64,000 bases of DNA from Candidatus Iainarchaeum sp. (lineage in GTDB: Archaea; Iainarchaeota; Iainarchaeia; Iainarchaeales; UBA10191): NCBI GenBank assembly GCA_030649735.1, contig JAUSFL010000035.1:1-64000 (forward strand), given 5' to 3'. Below, piece after piece: positions 46,920-58,406 of this stretch. Each line of letters opens with the position of its first letter. Position 1 is the stretch's first letter. A program made the translations under genes and the position numbers. Under the pieces are notes generated by a model, which saw nothing but the letters and a program-made list of their open reading frames with translations, was not told the origin of the DNA and searched no databases.

Positions 46920-47576
46920 ATGCTTGGCGGAAAATTCAGGAATTCCTTGAAAAAATTATTCCTTGCAGTGACAAGGCCATTGGCTGCATTGCCAATCACT
47001 CCAAACCAGTTCACTGCATTGTCAATTCCAATCGCTGCAATTGCCGCGTACTTTTTGTATTTGCAAAATCTTCCGCTTGCATTATTGTTCATTATTTTGG
47101 CAATTTTGGTTGATGTCTTGGATGGAAGCTTTGCAGCCAACAAGAAAATGAAGTCTAATTTCGGGAATTATTTTGACGCGATAGTTGACAAGGTTGTAGA
47201 ATGCATTTTTTACATCGGCTTTGCTTTCATTTCGCCAATTTTTGCAATCCTCGCGCTTGCAGGCACAATGCTCGAAAGCTATGCAAAGCCGCGCGTAGGG
47301 CTTGTGATAATCACTGACAATCACGACTGGCCCGCAATTGGAGAAAGGTCTGACAGGCTTTTGGTTTTAGTGATTGGAATTCTGGCGGCAATAATTGTCT
47401 CAAAGCTTTTGCTTTTCAAGTACGCTGTTTCAATAATTGACGCCACTTTACTCTTGATTTTCCTCCTGACTGTCTGGGGATTTGCGCAAAGAGTCTCTTA
47501 CGCAAAAAGCTTGATTCAAAAGGCCGAGAAGAAAAAACTGCTTTTGCCTTACTTGAAAGCCAAAGGAAAACATTAG
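46920..47576 (+). CDS. CDP-alcohol phosphatidyltransferase
   Basis: TPN..T, DVLDG..A...S.FG.YFD...D. Confidence 0.92.
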   Translation: MLGGKFRNSLKKLFLAVTRPLAALPITPNQFTALSIPIAAIAAYFLYLQNLPLALLFIILAILVDVLDGSFAANKKMKSNFGNYFDAIVDKVVECIFYIGFAFISPIFAILALAGTMLESYAKPRVGLVIITDNHDWPAIGERSDRLLVLVIGILAAIIVSKLLLFKYAVSIIDATLLLIFLLTVWGFAQRVSYAKSLIQKAEKKKLLLPYLKAKGKH

Positions 47577-48103
47577 CCAAACCCAAAGAGCCTTGCAATA
47601 AGCCCGATTCCCCAAACCACGAGCGCCATCACCAAGTAATATCTCGCGATCTTTGCAATCAGTGCCGTGAGAAAAAACTTCAAGGGATTCATTTTCATGA
47701 TTCCACACATTATTCCCACAAAGTCTATTGGCAATGGAATTACAAAGAGAATAAATTCTGCAATTGGGCCTTTGGCGTTAATCTCTCTCCTGACTTTTTG
47801 CAAAAGCTTGCTCTTGCTTTTTTCAACTTTTCCAGAAAGCCACTTGCTTTTCCACCCAGCGTAAAAAATAATCATTTCCCCAATTGCCGCCCCGCTTCCA
47901 GCGGCAAGGGCAATTATCAAAGGGTCTATTCTTGTCGAATAATAGAATGCAATCAGCAGGATTTCCATTGGAATTCCAAAAAACACTGTCGCGTTCAGCG
48001 CTATTGCCGTGGCGAAAATTCCCAAAAGCCCGAATTGCGCGATTGTTGAAGCGCCTGTTGTTGAAAACCAGCTCAAAAAACCGCTTAGAATGTCTGATGC
48101 CAT
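47573..48103 (-). CDS. VTT/DedA (SNARE-associated) membrane protein
   Basis: GAAIGE...Y.G, PLP.D..G..CG, K..R. Confidence 0.8.
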   Translation of the reverse strand: MASDILSGFLSWFSTTGASTIAQFGLLGIFATAIALNATVFFGIPMEILLIAFYYSTRIDPLIIALAAGSGAAIGEMIIFYAGWKSKWLSGKVEKSKSKLLQKVRREINAKGPIAEFILFVIPLPIDFVGIMCGIMKMNPLKFFLTALIAKIARYYLVMALVVWGIGLIARLFGFG

Positions 48104-48160
48104 GCTTATATTGAAAAAGGCTTGAATTGTTTTTAAACTAATCCTTCATTCTAATAATTT

Positions 48161-48433
48161 ATGGCATGCAATTATGCATTCTTGAACAAGGCCTATTTTA
48201 CCTTGCTGTTGGCCGGCATTCTGGTTTTTGCTGTCTCTGCAGCGGCTTTTTTTGCAATGCAAAATCTTTTTTTCCCATTTCTTGCGTTGGCGTTTGTTTT
48301 GGTTCTTGCAGGCATAATTTGCAAAATCCTTGTGTGGTATAATGTTTACTCTGAAGTCGTGACAAAGGAAGAGTTCAAGAGAGTCACTGCGTCAGGTAAT
48401 ATTTTCAGGAAGCATTCCAAAAGGGGGCAGTAG
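48161..48433 (+). CDS. Small membrane protein
   Basis: Two TM helices. Confidence 0.55.
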   Translation: MACNYAFLNKAYFTLLLAGILVFAVSAAAFFAMQNLFFPFLALAFVLVLAGIICKILVWYNVYSEVVTKEEFKRVTASGNIFRKHSKRGQ

Positions 48434-48434
48434 C

Positions 48435-49001
48435 ATGGCTTTTGAAGCGAAGAATTTTGAAAATCTTTTAGGACTGAAAGGATTCAGCGATACTTTGTTG
48501 AAAAACCATTTTACCCTATACCAAGGCTATGTGGCGAATGTAAACAAGTTGTTGGATTTATTGGATACTAAAGAACCTGGAACTTTGGAATATTCTGAAT
48601 TGCAGAGGCGTTTTGCTTGGGAATGGAATGGAATGAGGCTGCACGAGTTATATTTTGAGAATTTGACAAAAAAGCAGAATCAACTTAATGACGGCAAGTT
48701 AATGAAAGAGATTGAGCGAATTTACGGCAGTTTTGAAGCTTGGGAGAAAAACTTTGCGGCTGTGGGATCCATGCGCGGAATTGGATGGGTTGTTTTGTAT
48801 TATGATGAGGAATCTAAAGAATTATTCAACATTTGGGTCAATGAGCACGACACAGGGCATTTGGCTGGCTGCAATCCATTGCTTGTAATGGATGTTTTCG
48901 AGCACGCTTTCATGATTGATTACGGATTGAAGCGCGCTGATTACATTGCGGCTTTCTTTAATGCCATTGATTGGCTTGCTGTCGAAAAAAGAATGGTTTA
49001 A
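48435..49001 (+). CDS. sod: Fe/Mn superoxide dismutase (ChrC-like)
   Basis: H..LY.GY, NG..LHELYF, DVFEHA metal ligands. Confidence 0.92.
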   Translation: MAFEAKNFENLLGLKGFSDTLLKNHFTLYQGYVANVNKLLDLLDTKEPGTLEYSELQRRFAWEWNGMRLHELYFENLTKKQNQLNDGKLMKEIERIYGSFEAWEKNFAAVGSMRGIGWVVLYYDEESKELFNIWVNEHDTGHLAGCNPLLVMDVFEHAFMIDYGLKRADYIAAFFNAIDWLAVEKRMV

Positions 49002-49025
49002 AAACAGGGAATTCTTTCTTTAACC

Positions 49026-49904
49026 ATGCCAAAGCATTCAAGCCAGGAATTCAAGGGAATGGTTTTGGATTTCCAAAAGCACGAGCTTACTGCGCATTTT
49101 GTTTATGCGAATTTGGCAAGGCGCGCTGCTGGAAAAAACCGGTCGGTTTTGAAAAGAATTTCAAAGACAGAATTGGAGCACCATAATTTTTGGAAGTCTC
49201 TTTCAAAAGCCAGTGTTCGGCCTGACTCTTTCGCGATTTTCAGGCATAATTTGCTTTCAAGAATTTTTGGATTGACTTTTGCGTTAAAGCTTCTGGAAAA
49301 AATGGAGCTTGCAGGAGAGCGAAAATATTCCAAGCTGATTAATTCTCTCCCGAAGCTAAAGAAAGGCCTTGAACTTGAAGAGGCTGAAGAATTGAAGCTT
49401 TTGCGCACTCTTTCTGAAGAGCGCTTGGAGTACGTTGGATCCATAATGCTTGGAATTGGCGATGCTGTTGTAGAATTCACTGGGACTCTCTCTGGACTGG
49501 CGTTTGCATTGAACAACACGAAATTGATTGGCCTTGCTGGAATGATTGGCGGAATTGCCGCTTCACTGTCAATGGCTTCTTCAGAATACTTGTCAAAAAA
49601 GTCTGAAGGCTCTTTGAAAAAAAACCCTTTAAAAGCGGGAATTTACACTGGCGTTGCATACTTTGTGGTTGTTTCACTGCTGGTTTTGCCTAACTTTCTT
49701 TTTGAAAACGCAGTGATTGCGCTTGCAGGCACGATAATAAACGCGATTTTGGTGATTGTGGTTTTCACTTACTTTGTTTCAGTGACTCGGGAAGATTCTT
49801 TCAAAAAACGCCTGGCTGAAACCTTGCTTGTGAGCTTTGGGATTGCAGTCATTTCTTTCCTGATTGGAATTGCGCTAAAGGCTTTCTTGAATGTCAGAGT
49901 CTGA
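49026..49904 (+). CDS. VIT1/CCC1 transporter with N-terminal ferritin-like domain
   Basis: E..H N-terminal domain; LG..DA.VE, ASLSMASSEYLS. Confidence 0.87.
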   Translation: MPKHSSQEFKGMVLDFQKHELTAHFVYANLARRAAGKNRSVLKRISKTELEHHNFWKSLSKASVRPDSFAIFRHNLLSRIFGLTFALKLLEKMELAGERKYSKLINSLPKLKKGLELEEAEELKLLRTLSEERLEYVGSIMLGIGDAVVEFTGTLSGLAFALNNTKLIGLAGMIGGIAASLSMASSEYLSKKSEGSLKKNPLKAGIYTGVAYFVVVSLLVLPNFLFENAVIALAGTIINAILVIVVFTYFVSVTREDSFKKRLAETLLVSFGIAVISFLIGIALKAFLNVRV

Positions 49905-49960
49905 AATCAAGGCTTCAAAAACCCAAGAAAGTATAAATAGTACTTGCGCTCATAATTTAG

Positions 49961-51378
<1,418 letters not shown>

Positions 51379-51440
51379 CCCGCAAATTTAAATATCGGCT
51401 TTGCGTTATTAGTTTACAAAATTAAGGGTGATTTTTGAAA

Positions 51441-51881
51441 ATGCCTGGTTTAAGACAAAGAAGCATGTTGCAGCGCGGATCTCACAAGAATTTAGCGCCT
51501 CAAAGAAAGCGCATTATAATGCAAAATTTGGGTTTGACTCCAAGCCAGTACAGAAAGCAAAGTTTGGCCCACAAGCTGTCTGTTTTGGGAAAAGTAAACG
51601 GCGGTACTGGGATGGGAGTCAGGGCAAGGGCTTTACTTAATGCCGGAAAATCAGCAAGCAATGCTGGCGCTTTCAAGTGGAAGGCAAACTTAAGCATGGA
51701 TAGCTCTACTTTTCAGTTTAAACGGCCTGGGCATTCAAGTCATGGAAAAATAGCGCATCACGGCGAAGGCCCTGTAAGGTATGGGACTGCAAAGGCAGTG
51801 AAGGGCAAGTCAAGGGCTGCAAAGGCCGGAACTCAAGGCGCGTTTCCTGGAAGAGAAGCCAGAAAACAAAAAAAGAAATGA
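51441..51881 (+). CDS. Very basic hypothetical protein
   Basis: TATA (TTTAAATA) and SD GGGTGA upstream; K/R/G/A-rich. Confidence 0.6.
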   Translation: MPGLRQRSMLQRGSHKNLAPQRKRIIMQNLGLTPSQYRKQSLAHKLSVLGKVNGGTGMGVRARALLNAGKSASNAGAFKWKANLSMDSSTFQFKRPGHSSHGKIAHHGEGPVRYGTAKAVKGKSRAAKAGTQGAFPGREARKQKKK

Positions 51882-51890
51882 TTAATGCCA

Positions 51891-52181
51891 TCAAATGGGT
51901 TTCCAGAATTTCAGTTTTTCCGCTTTTTTAAAAAGCAATAGCAGCAAGTCCTTGTCGTAATCATCGGCAATGTGCCGCAAATATTCAGCGACTCCGTCTT
52001 TTCCAAACTTTTTTTCAATGACTGGCAAAAATTTTTGAATATTGGTTATTTTGTGCCTTTCAATTCTTTCGGCAATGCTTAATTGCCTGCCGTCAAGCCA
52101 TTCGTGGACTTTTTGGAATTCTTTTCCTGTTCTTCTCTTGCTTAGCTCAATGTGCTTTTCAAGGCTTGGCATTTTATTCAA
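51891..52181 (-). CDS. Small hypothetical protein with H/D motif (HEWLD...RH...HI..D)
   Basis: Putative metal-binding residues; co-oriented with ferredoxin. Confidence 0.55.
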   Translation of the reverse strand: MNKMPSLEKHIELSKRRTGKEFQKVHEWLDGRQLSIAERIERHKITNIQKFLPVIEKKFGKDGVAEYLRHIADDYDKDLLLLLFKKAEKLKFWKPI

Positions 52182-52365
52182 CTTTTATTGCGTTCACTGG
52201 GCAGGAGTTTTCGGCAGCCTTGTTTTTTGCAAGCTCTTTTTCTGAAATTATCATTTTTTTTGCTTTTGCCTTGTCTCCGTCCATTATGAAATTGTCGCAT
52301 AGTGCAGTGCATGCCGCGCAGCCAATGCATGCTTCCTTGTCAATGGTTACCTTGTATTTTCTCAT
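52174..52365 (-). CDS. fdx: Monocluster ferredoxin
   Basis: CIGCAAC...CPVNAI. Confidence 0.88.
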   Translation of the reverse strand: MRKYKVTIDKEACIGCAACTALCDNFIMDGDKAKAKKMIISEKELAKNKAAENSCPVNAIKVE

Positions 52366-52376
52366 TAAATCTCGCC

Positions 52377-53351
52377 TCAAAATGAAGGAGTGAAGCAGCA
52401 ATAGCCGATTTTATCGCAGGCGTTTTTCATCCTTGCCCAGTTCTTTGCCTGAATTGCCTGCATTGCCATTGGGTAAAGAATATTGTCTTCCTTGTAAATG
52501 TGGTCTGGCAGCTCTTTTGCAATGTAGTCCGCGTTTTTTTTCACTTTTTTGACGAATTCCTTAAACTTGATTTTTTTGCCGTTAATTGCAAGATTGAAAA
52601 GCGCTTTTTTCCGTGCCTTTAATTCCTCGTGCTCTTCGCGCATTATTTCCGGCGGTTCGTTGATTCCTGCTTTTTCCATTTCCGGGAACAGGACTTCTTC
52701 TTCCCTTTGGTGGTGCTTGTCTGCTTCAACCAAGTGCTCTGAAACGTGCTTTAAGATCTCGATTTCTTTTCCGGCTTGCTCAAAGCCTTTTGCTTTTTCC
52801 AATTTTTTAACTGCCTTTTTCATTTTTTCAACAAAGTCCAGGATCATTTTGTGCTCTTCCATTAAAGTGTGCAGCAAGTGCCCTGGCTTTAGATTTAGCG
52901 CCTTGCCTTCAAGGCTTTCTTTCATTATTTCCAAATGCACGTCGCAAAGCTTTCTCATGTCTTTTCTTGAGACTCCTTCCTGGATTATTTCTTGTTCTAT
53001 TAGCCCAAGCTCTGCTGGCGAAAGGCCTTTTAGGAGCTTTTTTCCCTTTTCTTTTATTTTTTTGGCGTTCTTTCCGGAATGCAGTTCTTTAAGCAGTTCT
53101 TTCACCTGCTGTCTTTTGCTGTCTTGTGTTTTTTTTATTTTCACAATCCAGTCTTTAGGGCCTTGCTTTTCATAATTCCATTCAAAGCTTCCTTTCATTT
53201 CAGCGTCAAACTGGTAATACAGCGGTTTTGGGTCGTGGTCGTTGATTATGCGCAGGATCTGCCCGCTCTTGAGGCTGTTCCAGTCCTCAAATATTTTTGA
53301 ATGCCTTTCAAAATGGGGCATTTTCCTCAAGTCCAATTTAATTCCATTCAT
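52377..53351 (-). CDS. DUF2249 + DUF438 + hemerythrin-domain protein
   Basis: LDLR...NDHDPKPL; LCDVH; EH, HHQREEEVLFP, HIYKEDNILYP. Confidence 0.82.
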   Translation of the reverse strand: MNGIKLDLRKMPHFERHSKIFEDWNSLKSGQILRIINDHDPKPLYYQFDAEMKGSFEWNYEKQGPKDWIVKIKKTQDSKRQQVKELLKELHSGKNAKKIKEKGKKLLKGLSPAELGLIEQEIIQEGVSRKDMRKLCDVHLEIMKESLEGKALNLKPGHLLHTLMEEHKMILDFVEKMKKAVKKLEKAKGFEQAGKEIEILKHVSEHLVEADKHHQREEEVLFPEMEKAGINEPPEIMREEHEELKARKKALFNLAINGKKIKFKEFVKKVKKNADYIAKELPDHIYKEDNILYPMAMQAIQAKNWARMKNACDKIGYCCFTPSF

Positions 53352-53359
53352 GAGTTCAC

Positions 53360-53659
53360 CTATCCTGAGTGTTTTTTGCATATTCTGCAATTTTTTTGAG
53401 TGTGTTTTTCTATCAAGCGCAGCAAAGGCCGCATTGTTTGCTTGTTGAGGAAGTATATCCTGCTTTTGCCTTTTTTTTCCGCCTTTACAAACCCGCATTC
53501 TTCAAGCGATAGAAGCGCGTGCGAAACCTTGCTTCTCTCCTGCCTTAGCTTTCCCGCAAGCTCGCTGACGCTTAATGGGCTTTCATCAAGAGTTTCAATA
53601 ATGTCGCTTTTCAGCCGCGTGGCGAGGGTTTCGAAAAACAGGTAACAGCCGGAGTTCAC
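53360..53659 (-). CDS. ArsR-family HTH transcriptional regulator
   Basis: FETLA..., SVSELA, SKVSHAL..L...GFV; Cys residues at both termini. Confidence 0.85.
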   Translation of the reverse strand: MNSGCYLFFETLATRLKSDIIETLDESPLSVSELAGKLRQERSKVSHALLSLEECGFVKAEKKGKSRIYFLNKQTMRPLLRLIEKHTQKNCRICKKHSG

Positions 53660-53676
53660 GTGAATTATAATTCACG
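53659..53676. promoter_or_regulatory. Perfect 18-bp palindromic operator
   Basis: CGTGAATTATAATTCACG between the divergent ArsR and hemerythrin/FTR1 genes. Confidence 0.75.
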
Positions 53677-53705
53677 CATAAGAATTTAAACCTTGCGCTG
53701 GTTAA

Positions 53706-54269
53706 GTGTTTGCAAGAGGCGGTTTATTGGAAAAACCAACGGCAATTCTTTCAAACGAGCATAAAAACATCATGAAAGTGATTCAGGCCTTAAATAACGA
53801 GTGCGAAAGCATTGAAGGCGGCGGCAAAATAGACCGGGCTTTTTTTGAAAAGGCGATTGATTTCATAAGAAACTATGCCGACAGGTTCCATCACGCCAAA
53901 GAAGAGGACATTCTATTCAAAGAAGTTTGCAAGGACAGCGTTGAAATGCACTGCAATCCAACAGAGCAAATGCTTTTCGAGCATGATGCCGGAAGGAATT
54001 TCGTCAAAGGAATGGAAGAAGGCCTGCAAAAAAACGATAAAGGAAAAGTTCTGGAGAATGCTCGCGGTTATGCGCAGCTTTTGCAGGAGCACATTTACAA
54101 AGAGGACAACATATTCTATCCAATGGCTGACCAGGCATTAAGCGGCAAAGTGCAAAAAGCAATGATTGAAAGATTCAAGCTGGCGGAAAAGAAAAGATTC
54201 GCCAAAGGCGTTAAAGAAAAGTATTTGGGCATTGCCAAAGAGTTTGAAAAGCGTTCCGGGGGAAGCTAA
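53706..54269 (+). CDS. Hemerythrin-domain protein
   Basis: EH, YAD.FHH.KEE..LF, EH, EHIYKEDNIFYP. Confidence 0.88.
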   Translation: MFARGGLLEKPTAILSNEHKNIMKVIQALNNECESIEGGGKIDRAFFEKAIDFIRNYADRFHHAKEEDILFKEVCKDSVEMHCNPTEQMLFEHDAGRNFVKGMEEGLQKNDKGKVLENARGYAQLLQEHIYKEDNIFYPMADQALSGKVQKAMIERFKLAEKKRFAKGVKEKYLGIAKEFEKRSGGS

Positions 54270-55106
54270 TTGATTCCAGAATTCATAATTGGGTTCAGGG
54301 AGTCTCTGGAAGCCGCATTGATTGCTGGAATAATACTCAGTTATCTTGCGAAAACAGGCCAGGAAAAATACAACCGCATCATTTATTTAGGAATTATCGC
54401 TGGAGTAGTTGCCAGCCTTGCCGGCGCTTTTTTGTTTGCGGCTTTGGCCGGCGGCTTTCAAGGAACAGCAGAGCAGCTTTTTGAAGGCATAACAATGCTG
54501 ATTGGGGCCGCGCTTCTGACAACAATGATTTTGTGGATGATGAAGCAAAAGCATGTTGCTTTGGAATTGCAGCACAAGGTTTCTGAAAGAATATCGCAAG
54601 CGCAAAAGTTCGGGCTATTTTTCCTGGCTTTCATTGCAATATTGCGCGAAGGCATTGAAACCGTGATTTTTTTGGGGGCGGCTGGCTTTGTATCCCAAGA
54701 CAATGGCTTTATTGGGGCGCTTGCCGGAATTGCCCTTGCAGTAGTTTTAGGATACTTGCTGTTTGTTAACTCTAAAAAAATTAACATTAAAAAATTCTTT
54801 AAAATTACAAGCATTTTGCTGGTTCTCTTTGCCGCTGGCCTGGTAGCGCACGCAATTCATGAATTTGAAGAAGCCGGAGTCTTAAATCCAATCATTGAGC
54901 ATGTTTGGGACATTAATCCCGCGCAAAATTCAGATGGGAGCTATCCTTTGCTGCATGAGAACGGCGCTGTCGGAAGCATTTTCAAAGGATTATTAGGTTA
55001 TAATGGAAATCCATCCTTACTGGAAGTCTTGAGCTATTTTGCATACTTGATTCTTGTTTTTGCGCTTTGGAAAAACATTGAGCGCATTCACAAGAAAGTA
55101 ATATAA
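54270..55106 (+). CDS. FTR1-family iron permease
   Basis: RESLE and REGIE motifs, multiple TM helices. Confidence 0.92.
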   Translation: MIPEFIIGFRESLEAALIAGIILSYLAKTGQEKYNRIIYLGIIAGVVASLAGAFLFAALAGGFQGTAEQLFEGITMLIGAALLTTMILWMMKQKHVALELQHKVSERISQAQKFGLFFLAFIAILREGIETVIFLGAAGFVSQDNGFIGALAGIALAVVLGYLLFVNSKKINIKKFFKITSILLVLFAAGLVAHAIHEFEEAGVLNPIIEHVWDINPAQNSDGSYPLLHENGAVGSIFKGLLGYNGNPSLLEVLSYFAYLILVFALWKNIERIHKKVI

Positions 55107-55134
55107 TAAATTAATTCTCTTTCATAAAGCCATT

Positions 55135-57738
55135 ATGCCTATTTCTTTCCAGACTGAAAAATACTCTGACGGCGAGATTTACAAAACCTTGAATCCTTTA
55201 TTGGGCGCTTGGTTCAAGCACTGCTTTGGCTCTTTCACAGAGCCCCAGCGTTATGCAATGCTTAACGTGCACAATAAAATCAATACTTTAATTTCAGCAC
55301 CGACCGGGACTGGAAAGACGCTTTCGGCATTCGGCGCTGTTTTAGGGGAATTAATGAATCTTTCAGAAGCCGGAAGATTGGAAGACCGGGTCTATTGCGT
55401 TTACATTTCCCCATTGCGCGCCCTCTCGAATGACATTCAAAGAAACTTGCTTGATCCTTTGGGGCAAATTCAAAAGGCCGGCGCAAAAATCAACAAAAAT
55501 ATTGACATTCGCGTTGGACTTCGGACTGGAGACACCACAACTTCAGAACGCGCGAAAATGCTCAGGAAAGCCCCGCACATTCTAATTACAACCCCGGAAT
55601 CTCTTGCAATACTCATTAACTCGCCGAAATTCAAAGAGCTTTTGAAAGAAGTGCAATGGTGCATTGTTGATGAAGTGCACGCGCTGGCGGAAAACAAGCG
55701 CGGAGTTCACCTTTCGCTCACGCTGGAGCGCTTGCAGGAAATTTCTCCACAAATGTGCCGCATTGGGCTTTCTGCAACAATCGCCCCTTTGGAAAAAATC
55801 GCGAACTTTCTTGTCGGAATGGAAAAACCCAACAAGCCGAGGGATTGCCTGATTGTTGACGTGCAGTTTTTGAAAAAGCTGGATTTGAAAGTTTTAAGCC
55901 CACTACCAGACTTCATCAACATAACTTCTAAGGAAATTCAGGAAAAACTCTACGAGCAATTGCACTCCTTGATCCAAGAGCACAAGACCACTTTGGTTTT
56001 CACTAACACTCGCTCTGCAACAGAACGAGTAGTGCATAATCTCAAAGAAAAGTTTCCTTCAAAATACTCAAAGGCAAACTTGGAAGCCCATCATAGTTCG
56101 CTTTCCAAAGAGCATCGTTTGAATGTAGAGCAGCGCTTGAAGGAAGGAAAACTAAAATGCGTTGTCTGCTCCACAAGCCTTGAACTGGGAATTGACATTG
56201 GATTCATTGACCTTGTAATCGCGCTTGGAAGCCCAAAGTCAGTGGCAAGGGCTTTGCAGAGAGTAGGCCGCTCTGGCCACAAACTGCATGACAAAGTAAA
56301 AGGCAGGATTGTTGTTCTAGACCGCGATGACCTAGTGGAATGCAGTGTTCTTTTGAAGAATGCGCTAGAGCACAAGATAGACTGCATTGAAGTGCCTGAA
56401 AACTGCCTTGATGTAATGGCACAGCACATTTTTGGCATTGCAATTGACAGAAAACGCGACATTGATGAAGTGTTTGATTTAATACGCAAAAGCTATTGCT
56501 ACCGCGCTTTGCAAAGGACAGACTTTGATGAAATCATTTCTTATCTTTCCGGAGAGTTCGCAAGCTTGGAAAGCAGGCACGTGTACGCGAAAATTTGGTT
56601 TGATCCAAAAACCCGCGAAATTGGAAAGCGGGGAAAACTCGCACGCGTCTTATACCTGACTAATATTGGGACAATTCCTGACGAGGCAAGGGTTTCAGTG
56701 AAAATTCAAGGATTCACTGTTGGAACAATTGATGAAGGATTTCTGGAACGCTTGAAAAAAGGCGACGTGTTCGTTTTAGGCGGGCAAAGCTATGTTTTCA
56801 CTCACTCTTTGGGAATGACTGCTTTTGTGCGCTCTGCAGAACGCAGGCCTCCAACTGTTCCAAGCTGGTTTTCTGAAATGCTGCCTTTAAGCTTTGACTT
56901 GGCTTTGGAAATCCAAAGATTCAGGAGATTGATGGAAGACCAGTTCAGGATGAAAAAAAGCAAGGCAGAAATTGTGGAATTCATCAACAAGTACGTTTAC
57001 GTTGACAAGAATGCCGCGAACGCAATTTTCCAGTACTTTCAAGAGCAATTCCTTTACTTGCAGATTCCGCACGACAAGAGATTAATTGTTGAAAACTTCC
57101 GCGAAGGCGACTTGAGGCATTCAATATTTCACGCGTGCTTTGGCCGCCGCGTCAATGATGCTTTAAGCCGCGCAATTGCTTATGCGTTAGGAAAGCTAAT
57201 CCACAAGGACATTGAAATAATAATCAACGATAATGGATTCATTCTTTCAGCGAATGAAAAGCTTCCAGTGCAGCAGGCAATTTCTCTATTGAAAAGCCAC
57301 GAGATGCGCAAGGTTTTGGAATTGGCAGTTGATGATTCTGAAGTCTTGCGCAGGCGCTTCAGGCATTGCGCCTGCCGTTCTTTGATGATTTTGCGCAATT
57401 ACAAGGGAAGGGAAAAAAGCGCCGGAAGGCAGCAAATGAGCTCTAGGCTCTTGCTTTCTGCAGTGCTTAAGATTTCCCGCAATTTTCCAATCCTAAAGGA
57501 AGCGCGCAGGGAAGTCTTGGAAGACATGATGGACATTAAAAGCGCCTTGAAGGTTTTGGAAATGCTTGAAAAGAAAAGCATTGAATTGAAAATCCTGGAT
57601 TCCGAAAGCCCAAGCCCTTTCGCGCTAGGCCTTTACAGTGAAGGCTATTCTGACATTTTGAAAATGGAAGGAAGATTGGAGTTTGTGAAAAGAATGCATG
57701 AGAAAATAATGGAAAAAATAAAATCCAAAGCCAATTAA
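55135..57738 (+). CDS. lhr: Lhr-family ATP-dependent helicase
   Basis: PTGTGKT, SPLRAL, TTPESL, DEVH, SAT, SLELGID, QRVGRSGH. Confidence 0.94.
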   Translation: MPISFQTEKYSDGEIYKTLNPLLGAWFKHCFGSFTEPQRYAMLNVHNKINTLISAPTGTGKTLSAFGAVLGELMNLSEAGRLEDRVYCVYISPLRALSNDIQRNLLDPLGQIQKAGAKINKNIDIRVGLRTGDTTTSERAKMLRKAPHILITTPESLAILINSPKFKELLKEVQWCIVDEVHALAENKRGVHLSLTLERLQEISPQMCRIGLSATIAPLEKIANFLVGMEKPNKPRDCLIVDVQFLKKLDLKVLSPLPDFINITSKEIQEKLYEQLHSLIQEHKTTLVFTNTRSATERVVHNLKEKFPSKYSKANLEAHHSSLSKEHRLNVEQRLKEGKLKCVVCSTSLELGIDIGFIDLVIALGSPKSVARALQRVGRSGHKLHDKVKGRIVVLDRDDLVECSVLLKNALEHKIDCIEVPENCLDVMAQHIFGIAIDRKRDIDEVFDLIRKSYCYRALQRTDFDEIISYLSGEFASLESRHVYAKIWFDPKTREIGKRGKLARVLYLTNIGTIPDEARVSVKIQGFTVGTIDEGFLERLKKGDVFVLGGQSYVFTHSLGMTAFVRSAERRPPTVPSWFSEMLPLSFDLALEIQRFRRLMEDQFRMKKSKAEIVEFINKYVYVDKNAANAIFQYFQEQFLYLQIPHDKRLIVENFREGDLRHSIFHACFGRRVNDALSRAIAYALGKLIHKDIEIIINDNGFILSANEKLPVQQAISLLKSHEMRKVLELAVDDSEVLRRRFRHCACRSLMILRNYKGREKSAGRQQMSSRLLLSAVLKISRNFPILKEARREVLEDMMDIKSALKVLEMLEKKSIELKILDSESPSPFALGLYSEGYSDILKMEGRLEFVKRMHEKIMEKIKSKAN

Positions 57739-58400
57739 TGCCCGGCCTTTCTTGCAAGCTCTTCCCTTATCCTGTCCTGCTCTCCTGCTTTCTGCTTTTC
57801 CAAACCCATATACTCGCGCAGCCTTGCATCGGCATTATGCTGGTCTATCGTGAATACAATGTCTCTTCTCAAAAGTTCTTTGATTGAGACCAAAACCAGG
57901 TCAATTCCTTTTTCTTTTTGCGCCAGAATAAAGTTTCCGTTGACTTTCGGGCGCGGAAGTGCCGCATGGTTCATTTTCACAAAAGCTCGCAAGTCGCTTG
58001 CCTTTCCCATGAAAAGCCCGCCTTTAGTCACAAAAATCACGTAATGCGTTTTGTTGTTTACCCATTCTCTGCCGCGGGTTTTCAGCAAAATGTGGTTCCT
58101 TAAAGCCCCGCCCTTGCTTTTCCACTCGCCAAAGCTTGTTTTAACTTCAAAAAACAAGACTTTCCCATCAGGCCTTTTGAATGCAAAGTCTGCGCCTGGC
58201 TCTCCAATATGCTTTAAGCTTTTGAAAACTTCCGCAACTTTTTTTTCCCCGACATACCCTGTATGGTTTGCAACGCCTAGCGCGCCATTGCGTTTCTTGA
58301 ATTTTTGAAGCATTTCCGGCCTTTCAGGCCTTGCTGGCTTTGAAAACTTAATGTTCAATTTTGCTCTTCTGCCCATTAAAACCGCTTTTTTTGTTTTCAT
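57735..58400 (-). CDS. Putative PD-(D/E)xK nuclease-fold protein with basic N-terminus
   Basis: G..GE...ADF....FFEVKT. Confidence 0.55.
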   Translation of the reverse strand: MKTKKAVLMGRRAKLNIKFSKPARPERPEMLQKFKKRNGALGVANHTGYVGEKKVAEVFKSLKHIGEPGADFAFKRPDGKVLFFEVKTSFGEWKSKGGALRNHILLKTRGREWVNNKTHYVIFVTKGGLFMGKASDLRAFVKMNHAALPRPKVNGNFILAQKEKGIDLVLVSIKELLRRDIVFTIDQHNADARLREYMGLEKQKAGEQDRIREELARKAGH

Positions 58401-58406
58401 AATTGA

